DNA from: Macrostomum lignano
Lineage: Eukaryota
Reading direction: 5' to 3'
DNA: 64,000 nt
Assembly: GCA_002269645.1 (NCBI GenBank)
Contig: NIVC01001370.1
Location: 124,001 to 188,000 of the forward strand
This document shows positions 63,754 through 64,000 of this stretch, piece by piece (position 1 is the stretch's first letter; every line of letters starts with the position of its first letter). Both the position numbers and the translations under genes were made by a program. The notes beneath the pieces are model-generated. The model had not been told where the DNA came from. It worked only from the letters and a program-made list of their open reading frames with translations, and ran no database searches.

Positions 63754-64000
63754 GTGAGACACCAGCTGCCTGCATTCTCTTTTCACTCTCCCAAGTCCAC
63801 CCCTTTTATCCCCTACCTCTCACCCGCTCTCTGTTCACCCGGTTGTTCCCCGGCCTTCTGAAAAATGGCCCAGAGGCTTGAACCCAGTCTGCATGAAATT
63901 TAAGCAGGAGAAAAGTAACGCAAGCTTTTCATCTACTCTCTACACGAGTATCCCCTCTACTCTCTTGCTTACCCACCCAATACTTTATTGCTACCCTAAC

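Overview
Eukaryotic animal genomic DNA. GC-rich exons sit among AT-rich spacers and minisatellite-filled introns, a style that suggests a free-living flatworm such as Macrostomum (inference, not verified). Six protein-coding genes can be reconstructed from GT-AG boundaries: (1) an L1CAM/neuroglian-like 6-Ig/5-FN3 adhesion receptor (+, ~5148-10797); (2) an intronless, highly divergent iGluR/IR-like channel subunit (+, 11781-13211); (3) an ankyrin-repeat DHHC palmitoyltransferase (+, ~14626-19438); (4) a secreted trypsin-family protease with Phe in place of Gly193 (-, 26189-23739); (5) a Cdc25 phosphatase (-, 33878-31430); (6) a BMAL1/cycle-like bHLH-PAS factor (+, 57056 to beyond the window end). 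Most of the remainder is about 35 micro- and minisatellite arrays, several sharing a GGCGCC core. There are also two copies of a tRNA-derived CORE-like SINE, TIR-bounded MITE-like elements and decayed retroelement fragments. Most long ORFs in the supplied track are tandem-repeat artefacts. No CRISPR array or prokaryotic system is present.
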